A stretch of 64,000 bases of DNA from Gemmatimonadota bacterium (GTDB lineage: Bacteria > Gemmatimonadota > Gemmatimonadetes > Gemmatimonadales > Gemmatimonadaceae): contig JAZJZK010000006.1 in assembly GCA_040389905.1 (NCBI GenBank), forward strand, positions 138,100 to 202,099. Reading direction: 5' to 3'. The notes beneath the pieces are model-generated. The model worked only from the letters and a program-made list of their open reading frames with translations. It ran no database searches and was not told the DNA's origin. Position 1 is the stretch's first letter; each line of letters begins with the position of its first letter. Position numbers and translations under genes: made by a program. Below, piece after piece: positions 37,893 through 46,966 of this stretch.

Positions 37893-39860
37893 TCACGCTG
37901 GCTGTACGCGCCAGTACAGGAGATATCGTTCGTGCGCCAGCCGGTGCCAGGGCGCCAGCCGGACGGGTTCTGCACTTCCAGCGACTGATGTCTCGAACGT
38001 CATCGATTCACCGCGAACACGACGCACTTTCGCCGCGAGCGCGGACGGTTCGCCGGCGAGCGACGGCACTTCCATCGCAACGGCGTTCAGCATGGTGCCC
38101 GACGTACGCTCGTTCTTGATGATCTGTGCTTCGGGCGTCACGCCATCACTGCCGAGTTTCCCTGCCAACACGATGGGGCCGTACGCGAATGCCACGATGT
38201 CCGTGGTGCCAGGAAGGAATTCCGTTCGCACGCGCATGGGAAGCATGACACTCACCACATCCCCGGTTCGCCATGTGCGGTCGATGGCGACGAAGCCATC
38301 CGTCTCGACCTTCGACGCCACGGCGCGGCCGTTCACCGAGAGTGCCAGGCGATCACACCAGGCGGGTTTCCGCACGCGAATGGATGCGCGCACGGGTCGT
38401 GTCGCGGCGATCGTCAGCGTGGTCTTCTCTTCATCGGGAAAGCGCGTCTTCTGCGTGACGGTGAGTCCGCGCTCGCGCCACGTTACCGCCGATGGGATGA
38501 ACAGGTTCACGTACAGCGTGTCGGACGTATGGAAGTAAATGGAGTCGCCGTACTTGGTGTGGTTCTCGATGCCTGTACCGGTGCAGCACCAAAACGAATC
38601 CTCCGGCGTGTGATACAGCCGAACGTATCCGGGACGCGTCGCCTGGAAGTAGGTCATCATCCCCGAATCGGGATCCTGCGAGGCAAGGATGCCATTGTAC
38701 AGCGCGCGCTCGTAATAGTCCGCATACGCGGCACTGGGCGATTCCGTGAAGAGCGCTCGGGTGAGCCGCAGCATGTTGTGCGTGCAGCAGGTCTCCATCG
38801 TCTTCGCCGAGTTGAGTCGCTTTGCGAACTCCGTCACGGGGAAGAAGTGTTCGCCGTCGCCATTGCCACCTGTCACGTACGAGCGGCGTGTCGTCACCGT
38901 CGTCCAGAACGACTTCGCGGCCGCGCCATGCGTCGCGTCGCCGGAGAGTTCGTGCACGCGTTGATAGCCAACGAACTTTGGGATTTGCGTATTCGAGTGC
39001 AGACCGTCCAGCACGTCACGCCCTTCGGCGAGGGGCACGAGGACCTTCTGGTGTGCGAACCGCCGAGCGAGGTCCAGGTATTTCGAGTCGCCCATGAGTG
39101 CCGAGACGTCGGCGAATACTTCCGTCATGCCACCATGTTCCGTGTCGAGCATACGCTGCATCTGCTCGTCGCTCATGGCGCCCGTCGCGTTCAACGTCCA
39201 ATCAGAGAGCGCGACGAGCGCGGTCAACGCGTCGGCAGTTCCGGCGCAGACATGCGCATCACGAAGTCCGGCGAAGATCTTGTGCATGGTGTACCACGGC
39301 ACGCCCGAAAAGCGGCGGCCCGCGACGGCGTCGTCAAGCGGCTTGCTGCCGTCGGGAAACGCACACACGAGCCCATCGCCACGCGCGCGCTGGCACGCTC
39401 GCAACTCCGACACGATGTATGTCGCGCGCTGGCCAAAGCGCGCATCATCGGTGGCCGCGAACTGCATCGCGATCGCGGAGAGATAGTGGCCGAGCGTGTG
39501 CCCATGACACCGGATGTCGATCCATGGTTGCTGCGACTCCCAGCCGCCATACACGGGCGCCTTGGGCACCAGTGCGGCGTTCACATGAAAATTGTGAAGA
39601 AGCCGGTCAGGGTCGAGCGAGAGGAGATACTTGGCGTTGAGTTCCTGCGCGGCACGGAATGGTCCGTCGAGGAGCCGCACATCGCGCAAGCTGAACGGCG
39701 TCGCTCCGGATGCCGCAGGCTCTTCGGCGAAGAGCGCGTGCACGGGAAGCGAAGCTGCCATCGCTCCGGCGCCGAGGAGCGCAAGGAGTTCGCGGCGCGA
39801 CAGGCGGCGCTCTGCTCCGTCGCCCGATTCGGTGGGGCGAGACACTTCAAAAGTGGCCAT
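37893..39860 (-). CDS. GH127/GH146-type beta-L-arabinofuranosidase-like protein, Tat-exported
   Basis: SRRELL Tat motif; YGGWE, GHYLSA, E.GGM, HSNTQIPK, ETCCTHNM, YERALYN and WCCTGTG.EN motifs. Confidence 0.92.
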   Translation of the reverse strand: MATFEVSRPTESGDGAERRLSRRELLALLGAGAMAASLPVHALFAEEPAASGATPFSLRDVRLLDGPFRAAQELNAKYLLSLDPDRLLHNFHVNAALVPKAPVYGGWESQQPWIDIRCHGHTLGHYLSAIAMQFAATDDARFGQRATYIVSELRACQRARGDGLVCAFPDGSKPLDDAVAGRRFSGVPWYTMHKIFAGLRDAHVCAGTADALTALVALSDWTLNATGAMSDEQMQRMLDTEHGGMTEVFADVSALMGDSKYLDLARRFAHQKVLVPLAEGRDVLDGLHSNTQIPKFVGYQRVHELSGDATHGAAAKSFWTTVTTRRSYVTGGNGDGEHFFPVTEFAKRLNSAKTMETCCTHNMLRLTRALFTESPSAAYADYYERALYNGILASQDPDSGMMTYFQATRPGYVRLYHTPEDSFWCCTGTGIENHTKYGDSIYFHTSDTLYVNLFIPSAVTWRERGLTVTQKTRFPDEEKTTLTIAATRPVRASIRVRKPAWCDRLALSVNGRAVASKVETDGFVAIDRTWRTGDVVSVMLPMRVRTEFLPGTTDIVAFAYGPIVLAGKLGSDGVTPEAQIIKNERTSGTMLNAVAMEVPSLAGEPSALAAKVRRVRGESMTFETSVAGSAEPVRLAPWHRLAHERYLLYWRVQPA

Positions 39861-40003
39861 GGGTGAGCCACAATAGTTGAAACAACGGAATGATGCAACG
39901 CGCGTTGCCAGGAGTGAACATTGTGTGATCACTGGCGATCAGCAGATGAATTGGCTACATCGCGATTCGTATCGACAACGGGTACCGCTACTCCGGGAGT
40001 TCC

Positions 40004-42073
40004 ATGCGCAAGCTGATGAAGCCGCTTGTCTTCGCGATGATCGTGTGTGCTGCAAAGGTGCAGTCGCAGGTCATCACAGCGACCATCGACGGCAGCGCGA
40101 AGGGCGCGCCGATCCAACCGCTCATCTACGGTATGTTCGTGGAACATGCCGGCGCACTGCTCGAACAGGGCTTTCGCGCCGAGATGCTGGACGATCGCAA
40201 GTTCTATTTCGCGGTGGGGCAGCAACCGCCGGCGGGTGGGCGTGGTAACCGTGGTGGTCCGAGACGCACCTGGCAGCCGCTCGCTGCCGATGGGTCTGTC
40301 ACCATGGATAGCGCGCATGCGTACGCCTCGGAACATGTCCCGCTCGTGACGCTCGCGGGAGCGGAGCCGCGCGGCATTCGTCAGACCGGCGTCGCAATCA
40401 GGGCTGGCAAGGAGTACACCGGACGAATCGTCGTCGCGGGTGATCCCAGTGCGGTTGTCTCCGTGAGCCTCGTGTGGGGCGATGGCTCGGCGGGCCGTCA
40501 GACCGTGCGCCTCGCTCCCCCCGGCGGCGCATGGACGACGCGCACATTCCGCTTTTCCGCACCCGCTGCGAATAGCGACTCGGCGCGCGTCGAAATATCC
40601 GGCACGGGGCGGGGAAGCTTCCGCGTCGGCGCAGTGTCGCTCATGCCTGCGGACAACGTGAAGGGTTTCCGGCGCGAGATCGTGACCGCGCTCGCAACGT
40701 TGCACTCCGGCGTGTACCGCTTTCCAGGCGGAAACTTCGTCTCGGGGCCCTTCGACTGGCGCGATGCGATCGGCGATCCTGACAAGCGTCCGCCACGCTG
40801 GGACCCGGTATGGAGCGCCCTTCAGCCCAACGACTTTGGGCTCGATGAATTCATGGACCTCTGCCAACTGCTCGACGTGCAACCGTACATCACGGTGAAC
40901 GCCGGCTTCGGTGACGCATGGTCCGCCGCACAGCAGGTGAAGTATGCGAATGGCGCGGTGACGACGCCGATGGGCCGGCTCCGCGCGGCCAACGGACATG
41001 CAAAACCCTACGGCATCAAGTACTGGGGAATCGGCAACGAGATGTGGGGCGACTGGCAGTACGGCTACATGTCAGTGGACCAGTGGATTTCCAAGCAAGG
41101 CCAGTTTGCGCGTGCGATGCGCAAGGCAGACCGGACGATCACGCTCATTGCGCCTGGCGCAATGCCGGATGCGATGACGGGATCGGGGATGGCGAAGAAG
41201 CTCACCGGAAAAGTCATCGCCGAGGAGATGGGGCCCTCCGACTTCAGTGCGGCACTCCTGTCGCGGAGCATCGATGACTTCGAGATGTTGAGCCAGCACT
41301 TCTATGTCTACGGCGGCACTCACTACGACCTCGAGCAGGGGAAGCAAGTGCCGGATGACCCCAACATTCCACTGGTCGATTGGGCGCGTAAACCCGCGAG
41401 CATGGTGCGTGTGGAGTACGAGCACTACCAGACGTACATGGACAAGATTCCGGCGATGCGGCGAAAGCACGTGCCCATCGCGCTCGACGAGTGGGCCTAC
41501 TCGGGAACGGCGCCGGGCTCGTACAAGCCCGTCCTCGCGTACGCGTGGGGCCTCAATGAACTCTTTCGCCACAGCGACATCTTCGCCATGGGCGGTTTCA
41601 CCTTCGCGGGCTCCACACTGAGTGCGTCACGCACGGATGCCGTGTTGAATCCGATCGGGTTGATGTTCGCCCTGTACAGCCAGCACTTCGGTCGCATCCC
41701 ACTCGCGGTGAGTGGCAACTCGCCACAACCGGAGCGCACAGGTCGCGTGGGCGCCGAGACGCCCAACGTGAATGCCGGGAGCCCGACCTATCCGATCGAC
41801 GTAGCCGCGGCGCTGTCCGAGGATGGGAAGATGTTGACGGTGTCCGTTGTAAATCCCACCGAAAGTGCTCGGCAACTGCAACTCGACGTGCGCGGGCTCG
41901 GTGTCTCGGGGCCCGGCAAGGTCTGGCGCATGGCACCTCCGAGCACCGCGTCGGCGAACCTGGTGGGTCGCGAGCCGCAGGTGCGAGTGGGGGAATCATC
42001 GGCGGACGCTTCTGCTGTGCTCACCATCCCTGCAATCAGCGTGGGCGTCTACGCATTTCCCGTAAAGAAGTAG
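40004..42073 (+). CDS. Alpha-L-arabinofuranosidase, GH51
   Basis: IYGMFVEH, RFPGGNF, NDFG.DEF, YWGIGNE.WG and IALDEW catalytic motifs, with a signal peptide. Confidence 0.93.
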   Translation: MRKLMKPLVFAMIVCAAKVQSQVITATIDGSAKGAPIQPLIYGMFVEHAGALLEQGFRAEMLDDRKFYFAVGQQPPAGGRGNRGGPRRTWQPLAADGSVTMDSAHAYASEHVPLVTLAGAEPRGIRQTGVAIRAGKEYTGRIVVAGDPSAVVSVSLVWGDGSAGRQTVRLAPPGGAWTTRTFRFSAPAANSDSARVEISGTGRGSFRVGAVSLMPADNVKGFRREIVTALATLHSGVYRFPGGNFVSGPFDWRDAIGDPDKRPPRWDPVWSALQPNDFGLDEFMDLCQLLDVQPYITVNAGFGDAWSAAQQVKYANGAVTTPMGRLRAANGHAKPYGIKYWGIGNEMWGDWQYGYMSVDQWISKQGQFARAMRKADRTITLIAPGAMPDAMTGSGMAKKLTGKVIAEEMGPSDFSAALLSRSIDDFEMLSQHFYVYGGTHYDLEQGKQVPDDPNIPLVDWARKPASMVRVEYEHYQTYMDKIPAMRRKHVPIALDEWAYSGTAPGSYKPVLAYAWGLNELFRHSDIFAMGGFTFAGSTLSASRTDAVLNPIGLMFALYSQHFGRIPLAVSGNSPQPERTGRVGAETPNVNAGSPTYPIDVAAALSEDGKMLTVSVVNPTESARQLQLDVRGLGVSGPGKVWRMAPPSTASANLVGREPQVRVGESSADASAVLTIPAISVGVYAFPVKK

Positions 42074-42097
42074 GGAGAGAGATTCCGGCGCTGCCGG

Positions 42098-43120
42098 TCA
42101 GCTCAGTTCCACATGGATACGCGTGATGCTGCGCGTATCCCGATCCCAGTCTTCAAGTGCACGGCCCGCGTCATCCAGCGAGACACACCGGCTCACCGCG
42201 GCATCAACCGGAAAGGTGCGCCGCTGCAACAGGGTGGTGACTCGCTGGAAGTCCTCCCGTGTTGCGTTGCGCGATCCCAGGATATCGAGCTCTTTTTTCA
42301 CGAACTGCGACGTGTCGTACGACACCGGAGCCTTGGCGTATCCGATGTAGACGACGCGCCCAGTGAACGCCGCCGCCTGCACCGACGCGACGAACGTCTC
42401 CGGAATACCGACCGCTTCGATGACGACATCAGCACCATCGCCATTCGTCAACGCCGCAACACGCTCGGAGAGCAGTGCCGGTGCAGTACTGAGCGTGATG
42501 GATGCTCCGGCCCGGCGCGCAATCTCGAGCTTGCCTTCATCGACGTCGACCGCAATGACATTCGCGCCACGTTCACGTGCGCCGGCGATGGCGCCCAAAC
42601 CAACGGCTCCACACCCGATCACCACCACCGTGTCACTCGGAAGCACGCGCCCGCGATCGACTGCATGAAACCCGACACTCAATGGTTCGACGAGCGCCAA
42701 CTCGCGCCTCGATAGCCCCTGGGCGCTGACGACCTTGTTCCATGGCACGGACAGGAGCTCCGTCATCGCCCCGTCGCGCTGAACACCAAGGGTCTCATTG
42801 TCGCGACATGCGTTGCTCCGCCCCCTGCGACAGGCTGCACAACGACCACATGCGGTGTAAGGGAGGACGGTGACATCGTCCCCAACTGCGAACAGGCCAT
42901 CTGGCACATGCTCCCCGATGGTCTCGACGGTCGCCGCAATCTCGTGTCCCGGAATTCTCGGATACGCAACGAGGGGATTCAGGCCACGGAACGTATTGAG
43001 GTCGGAACCGCAGAAACCAATCATCCTCACGCGAAGCAGGACGTCTTCCTGCCCCAGGCTCGGTGACGGCGCATCTCCGAGCCGCACTCGGCCCGCAGCA
43101 TCGATCATCAGTGCGCGCAT
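42098..43120 (-). CDS. Zinc-binding alcohol dehydrogenase (sugar-acid dehydrogenase-like)
   Basis: CGSD, GHE, C-x2-C-x2-C-x7-C, G.G.VG and GSRNA motifs. TAATG overlap with GH29. Confidence 0.93.
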   Translation of the reverse strand: MRALMIDAAGRVRLGDAPSPSLGQEDVLLRVRMIGFCGSDLNTFRGLNPLVAYPRIPGHEIAATVETIGEHVPDGLFAVGDDVTVLPYTACGRCAACRRGRSNACRDNETLGVQRDGAMTELLSVPWNKVVSAQGLSRRELALVEPLSVGFHAVDRGRVLPSDTVVVIGCGAVGLGAIAGARERGANVIAVDVDEGKLEIARRAGASITLSTAPALLSERVAALTNGDGADVVIEAVGIPETFVASVQAAAFTGRVVYIGYAKAPVSYDTSQFVKKELDILGSRNATREDFQRVTTLLQRRTFPVDAAVSRCVSLDDAGRALEDWDRDTRSITRIHVELS

Positions 43121-44784
43121 TACGCCCTGGCTATTCCCGTTGTCGTGATGGCGAGCGCAATTACGGCAGGATTGCCAGCGCGCGCCGATTCCGGAATTGA
43201 AACAGCGAGCCCATTTGCGTCGCGCGAGTATTGGAGCGGCCCCGGCGCACCCAACAGTTCCACACGCCTCACCTCGCCCGCGGCGAGCGACGACCCTGTC
43301 GCGAGAGACTTGATGGTGATCATTCCGCTCTGTGCGCGCGCGAGCGGAAGCGCATACAGCGTATCGCCCTTCGTTGTGAAGCGAATGTCCTCTGGTGTGA
43401 ATGGCGTTGACGGACGTTCAACGAACATGCCGCCGCGCACTCTTGTGGGGCCTTCTCCAAAGATCTTCCACGGCCGAGTGCCGAATATGGCGTCACCATT
43501 CTCGGCAGTCCACCTCGCGATGCCCTCAACGACCGAGCGTTCGTCGGAATCGATGGTGCCGTCGGATCGCACCGGAATATTGAGGAGCAGGTTGCCGTTC
43601 TTGCTCACGATGTCCACCAGCAGCTTCACGACCGTATCCGCACTCTTGTATCCGTGACGCTCGTAGATGCCGCGATCATAGTGCCACCCACCGATGCACG
43701 TATCCGTTTGCCAGGGCAGTGGCTGCAACGTCTCGCTGAACCCGCGCTCGTAGTCTTCGACGAGGGCGCTGCGATGCCCCGGAGCCAGCGCTTTGGCGTT
43801 CAACACGGCCTGCAGCGAGCCGCCGTTCAACTTCATGTTCGCATTGTAGAACCACGCGGCGATATCGAGTCCGGTCTGACCGAGCGGTAGTTCGGTGTTG
43901 TCGAAGTAGAGAAGGTCCGGGCGGTACTTTGTCACCAGTTCCTGGCAGCGAAGAAACCATTGCCGAGCATAGGCGCCGCCGTCCGGTGGCGGATTCTCGT
44001 TCCACTTCCGGTCGTTGTCCTCATGCCACTTCGCGGCTTCCTTCGCGGTGGTGATGCCGTCGGGCATGACCATCCGCGGGCCCGTGTAGAGTTGCTGCGG
44101 ATCGAGGCCGTCCCACCACGTGCCCTTTCCGTCGGCCTTCGTGAGCGTCGCGGCATCGTATCGCACACCGGCCTCTCGCCCCTCTGCGTCGTACCCGTAT
44201 GCGGTCTGGTACCAGTGCCATGCGTGTGCGGAATGATTGGTGACGCCAAATCGCATGCCCTTGGCGCGCGCAATCTTCGCCCACGTGCCGACGATGTCGC
44301 GCTTCGGGCCCACGTTCATCGTGTTCCACGCATGGTGCGATGAATCGTAGAGATCGAGGTTGTCGTGATGATTCGCCAGCGCCACGAAGTAGCGTGCACC
44401 CGCGCGCTGGTACAGCGTCAGCAATTCCTCCGGATCCCAATGCTCAGCCTTCCATGCATTGATGACGTCCTTGAATCCGTAGCGCGATGGGTGACCATAC
44501 GTGGCAACGTGATGAACGTTCTGCGGATGCCCCTGGATGTACATCTGCCGCGCATACCAGTCGCCGTGCTCCGGTTGGCATTGCGGACCCCAGTGGGCCC
44601 AGAGGCCGAACTTCGCATCGCGAAACCAGTCCGGTGTCTTGTAGTTCGCGAGTGATTCCCACGTCGCTTCGAATGGTTCCGCGGCACTTGGCAGCTGTGC
44701 GGCCGCGCGAGCGGCCGGCTCGAGCAGCGGAAGTGCGAGGCCGGCGGCGGTCTGCAGCAGGAACTCTCGACGGGATGGCGACAT
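43120..44784 (-). CDS. Alpha-L-fucosidase, GH29, Tat-exported
   Basis: SRREFL Tat motif; WFRDAKFG.W.HWG, HHD, LLYFD and DIVSKNGNLLLN motifs. Confidence 0.94.
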   Translation of the reverse strand: MSPSRREFLLQTAAGLALPLLEPAARAAAQLPSAAEPFEATWESLANYKTPDWFRDAKFGLWAHWGPQCQPEHGDWYARQMYIQGHPQNVHHVATYGHPSRYGFKDVINAWKAEHWDPEELLTLYQRAGARYFVALANHHDNLDLYDSSHHAWNTMNVGPKRDIVGTWAKIARAKGMRFGVTNHSAHAWHWYQTAYGYDAEGREAGVRYDAATLTKADGKGTWWDGLDPQQLYTGPRMVMPDGITTAKEAAKWHEDNDRKWNENPPPDGGAYARQWFLRCQELVTKYRPDLLYFDNTELPLGQTGLDIAAWFYNANMKLNGGSLQAVLNAKALAPGHRSALVEDYERGFSETLQPLPWQTDTCIGGWHYDRGIYERHGYKSADTVVKLLVDIVSKNGNLLLNIPVRSDGTIDSDERSVVEGIARWTAENGDAIFGTRPWKIFGEGPTRVRGGMFVERPSTPFTPEDIRFTTKGDTLYALPLARAQSGMITIKSLATGSSLAAGEVRRVELLGAPGPLQYSRDANGLAVSIPESARAGNPAVIALAITTTGIARA

Positions 44785-44822
44785 TGTCTAATGGTGCGGG
44801 GCGACGGGCACTATTCGAGCTG

Positions 44823-46865
44823 TCATTTTGGCTTCGAAAGGCTCCAACGCAAGGCAGTGCCATCTTTCGGGTCCGGCTCCGGTCCCCGGCTATCACTCGT
44901 CACCGTGCCATCCATCTCGACGCGAATGTAGCGGTGCGTGGCGAGGGACATGAGCACCACGTCGCCGTAGACCGTTTCCATCCACTGGAAGGTTTCACCA
45001 TCGGCCGGCTTCACGGTGCGAAGTGCGATCGTACTCGTACTGTCGGTAACCGGCGTAATGGAGACGTACTTCGCGCCGACGCGCAGCGCGACGCGGCCGA
45101 GTCCGCGATCAGTCACGGTGAAGGCGCTTTGGCCGTCGATGGCGACGGGGGCATCACGTCCCGCCGCGGAGAGCGAGATGGTGCGGCCGGTGGGAATCGC
45201 CTTCATCAAGCCGCGCGGATTCGGCTCGTCTACCCGCATCATGTCGAAATCCGCGACGCCGCCCGCCGCTCCACCGTCATTGTAATGGAATAACGAAAAG
45301 CGGACCCCCTGGAACGTCTTGAGCTGGAACGCGGTGATGAAGGGACGTCCGAAGGTCGTCCAGGTCGTGCCGTTCGTGCTGTAGCTGAAGTGCGTCTGTT
45401 CAGTGAGGAAGTCGCTTTCTGCGCGCAGCCACACCTTCGTGCCTTTCAACTCGGTGGACATTGTGGAGTCCACGGTCTGGTCGTATTGCTGCAGGACCAA
45501 TCCGTTGGACGAACGCCGCACGCCAATCCAGGCGTACGGTTTGTTCAGGAGCGCAAGACCCGCGACGTCATGCTCGGTCATCCCCGCGGCGTCGAGCACA
45601 GTGGTCGCCGTTGATTGTGGACCTACGGCACGCTGCGTCAGCGAATTCCTCGCCATCCAGAAATCCGCCGCCGGCAGGGAGTGCAGGCGCAGGTATCCGG
45701 TGCGCTCCGCGAGCGACCACTTCGTATCGTCGGGGACGTGGTTCCATTCCCACACGTTCGCGAGTTGCGGGCCGGTGAACGCATCGTTGCGCGTATACGG
45801 CGCCATCAGCTTGCTCGGCGACGCGGTCTTCGGCTTCACCCACACGCGCGGCGTGCGGCCGAGGTTTCCTGGGAGCCCGAAGTACGGCCAGCCGTCCTTC
45901 CATGTGACGGGTGATAACGCCGTGAGCCGCCCCACGGAGTTCGCGTCCATCATGGAGAAGCCCCACCACTCGCCCGCCGGCGTGCGGACGATGCCGCCCT
46001 GATGCATCGACATGTGGCCGCGCCCCGTCACGTTGGGCGGCGTCACCACGATCTGCGGCGCGTTCCCATTGCCGCGCACGCGGTATCCCTCGCGGAGTCC
46101 GAATGTCTCGTCCGCGCTGACCTCCTTGTTCACTTCGTACGGGCCGTCAACCTTGTCGGCGCGCGCAGCGGCCAGTCGCATTCTCCCGGCGTACCACGCG
46201 CTGGTGATGTAGTACTTGCCGTCGATCTTGTAGAAGTGCGACCCCTCACCCATTCCAGCGTCCTTCGCGAAGAGCACGCGCTCGGTGCCAGGCACGATGT
46301 CCATGAGCGCACTGTCGAGCTGCGCGAGATGGATGTCCTGATACCCCCAGATCGCGTATACCTTGCCGTCGTCATCGAACAGCACGGAGAGGTCATGCAG
46401 TGACTTCTTCATCGGCGTACGCGTCCACGGACCCTTCGGGCTGGTCGCCGAGAAGTGCTGCGTCGTCTGCCCGTTCACGTTGCTGAAGATGTGGAACGTG
46501 CCCTTGTAATAGCGAAAGCTCGGCGCCCAGATGCCCTTGCCGTAGATCTCCTTTCCCCCTTCGAGGCGGTACGCCGGTCCGAGATCGAGCTTGTCCAACG
46601 CGTAGCTCATCAACTCCCAGTTCACGAGGTCGCGCGAATGCAGCACGGGGAGTCCGGGCATCGTGTGCATCGTCGTGCCCGTGAGATAGAAGTCATCACC
46701 CACACGGATCAGGTCGGGATCGGAGAACTCATCGTAGAAGAGAGGATTGGAGAACGTGCCGTTCCCGTTATCGGCCTTCCATGTTTGCGCGGTGACGACG
46801 GATGCAGCTGAAGCGCCCAGGACGAGGGCCGTGATCAGCGAACGTACAGGGGTCGATCGGCTCAT
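44823..46865 (-). CDS. GH43 glycoside hydrolase (beta-xylosidase/arabinofuranosidase-like) with C-terminal domains
   Basis: SDPD..RVGDDFY, HS.DLVNW, WAPS, D.SVLFDDDGK, EGSH.YK and HQGG motifs. Confidence 0.93.
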   Translation of the reverse strand: MSRSTPVRSLITALVLGASAASVVTAQTWKADNGNGTFSNPLFYDEFSDPDLIRVGDDFYLTGTTMHTMPGLPVLHSRDLVNWELMSYALDKLDLGPAYRLEGGKEIYGKGIWAPSFRYYKGTFHIFSNVNGQTTQHFSATSPKGPWTRTPMKKSLHDLSVLFDDDGKVYAIWGYQDIHLAQLDSALMDIVPGTERVLFAKDAGMGEGSHFYKIDGKYYITSAWYAGRMRLAAARADKVDGPYEVNKEVSADETFGLREGYRVRGNGNAPQIVVTPPNVTGRGHMSMHQGGIVRTPAGEWWGFSMMDANSVGRLTALSPVTWKDGWPYFGLPGNLGRTPRVWVKPKTASPSKLMAPYTRNDAFTGPQLANVWEWNHVPDDTKWSLAERTGYLRLHSLPAADFWMARNSLTQRAVGPQSTATTVLDAAGMTEHDVAGLALLNKPYAWIGVRRSSNGLVLQQYDQTVDSTMSTELKGTKVWLRAESDFLTEQTHFSYSTNGTTWTTFGRPFITAFQLKTFQGVRFSLFHYNDGGAAGGVADFDMMRVDEPNPRGLMKAIPTGRTISLSAAGRDAPVAIDGQSAFTVTDRGLGRVALRVGAKYVSITPVTDSTSTIALRTVKPADGETFQWMETVYGDVVLMSLATHRYIRVEMDGTVTSDSRGPEPDPKDGTALRWSLSKPK

Positions 46866-46966
46866 ATCTCGATGATTCGTGAGGAAGCTGCCCGCTCGGT
46901 CCACTCACTCTGCGCAAAGGCGGTCCAGAACGCAAGCGTGCGAAAGTACGCGCTCGATGCCCTTCC

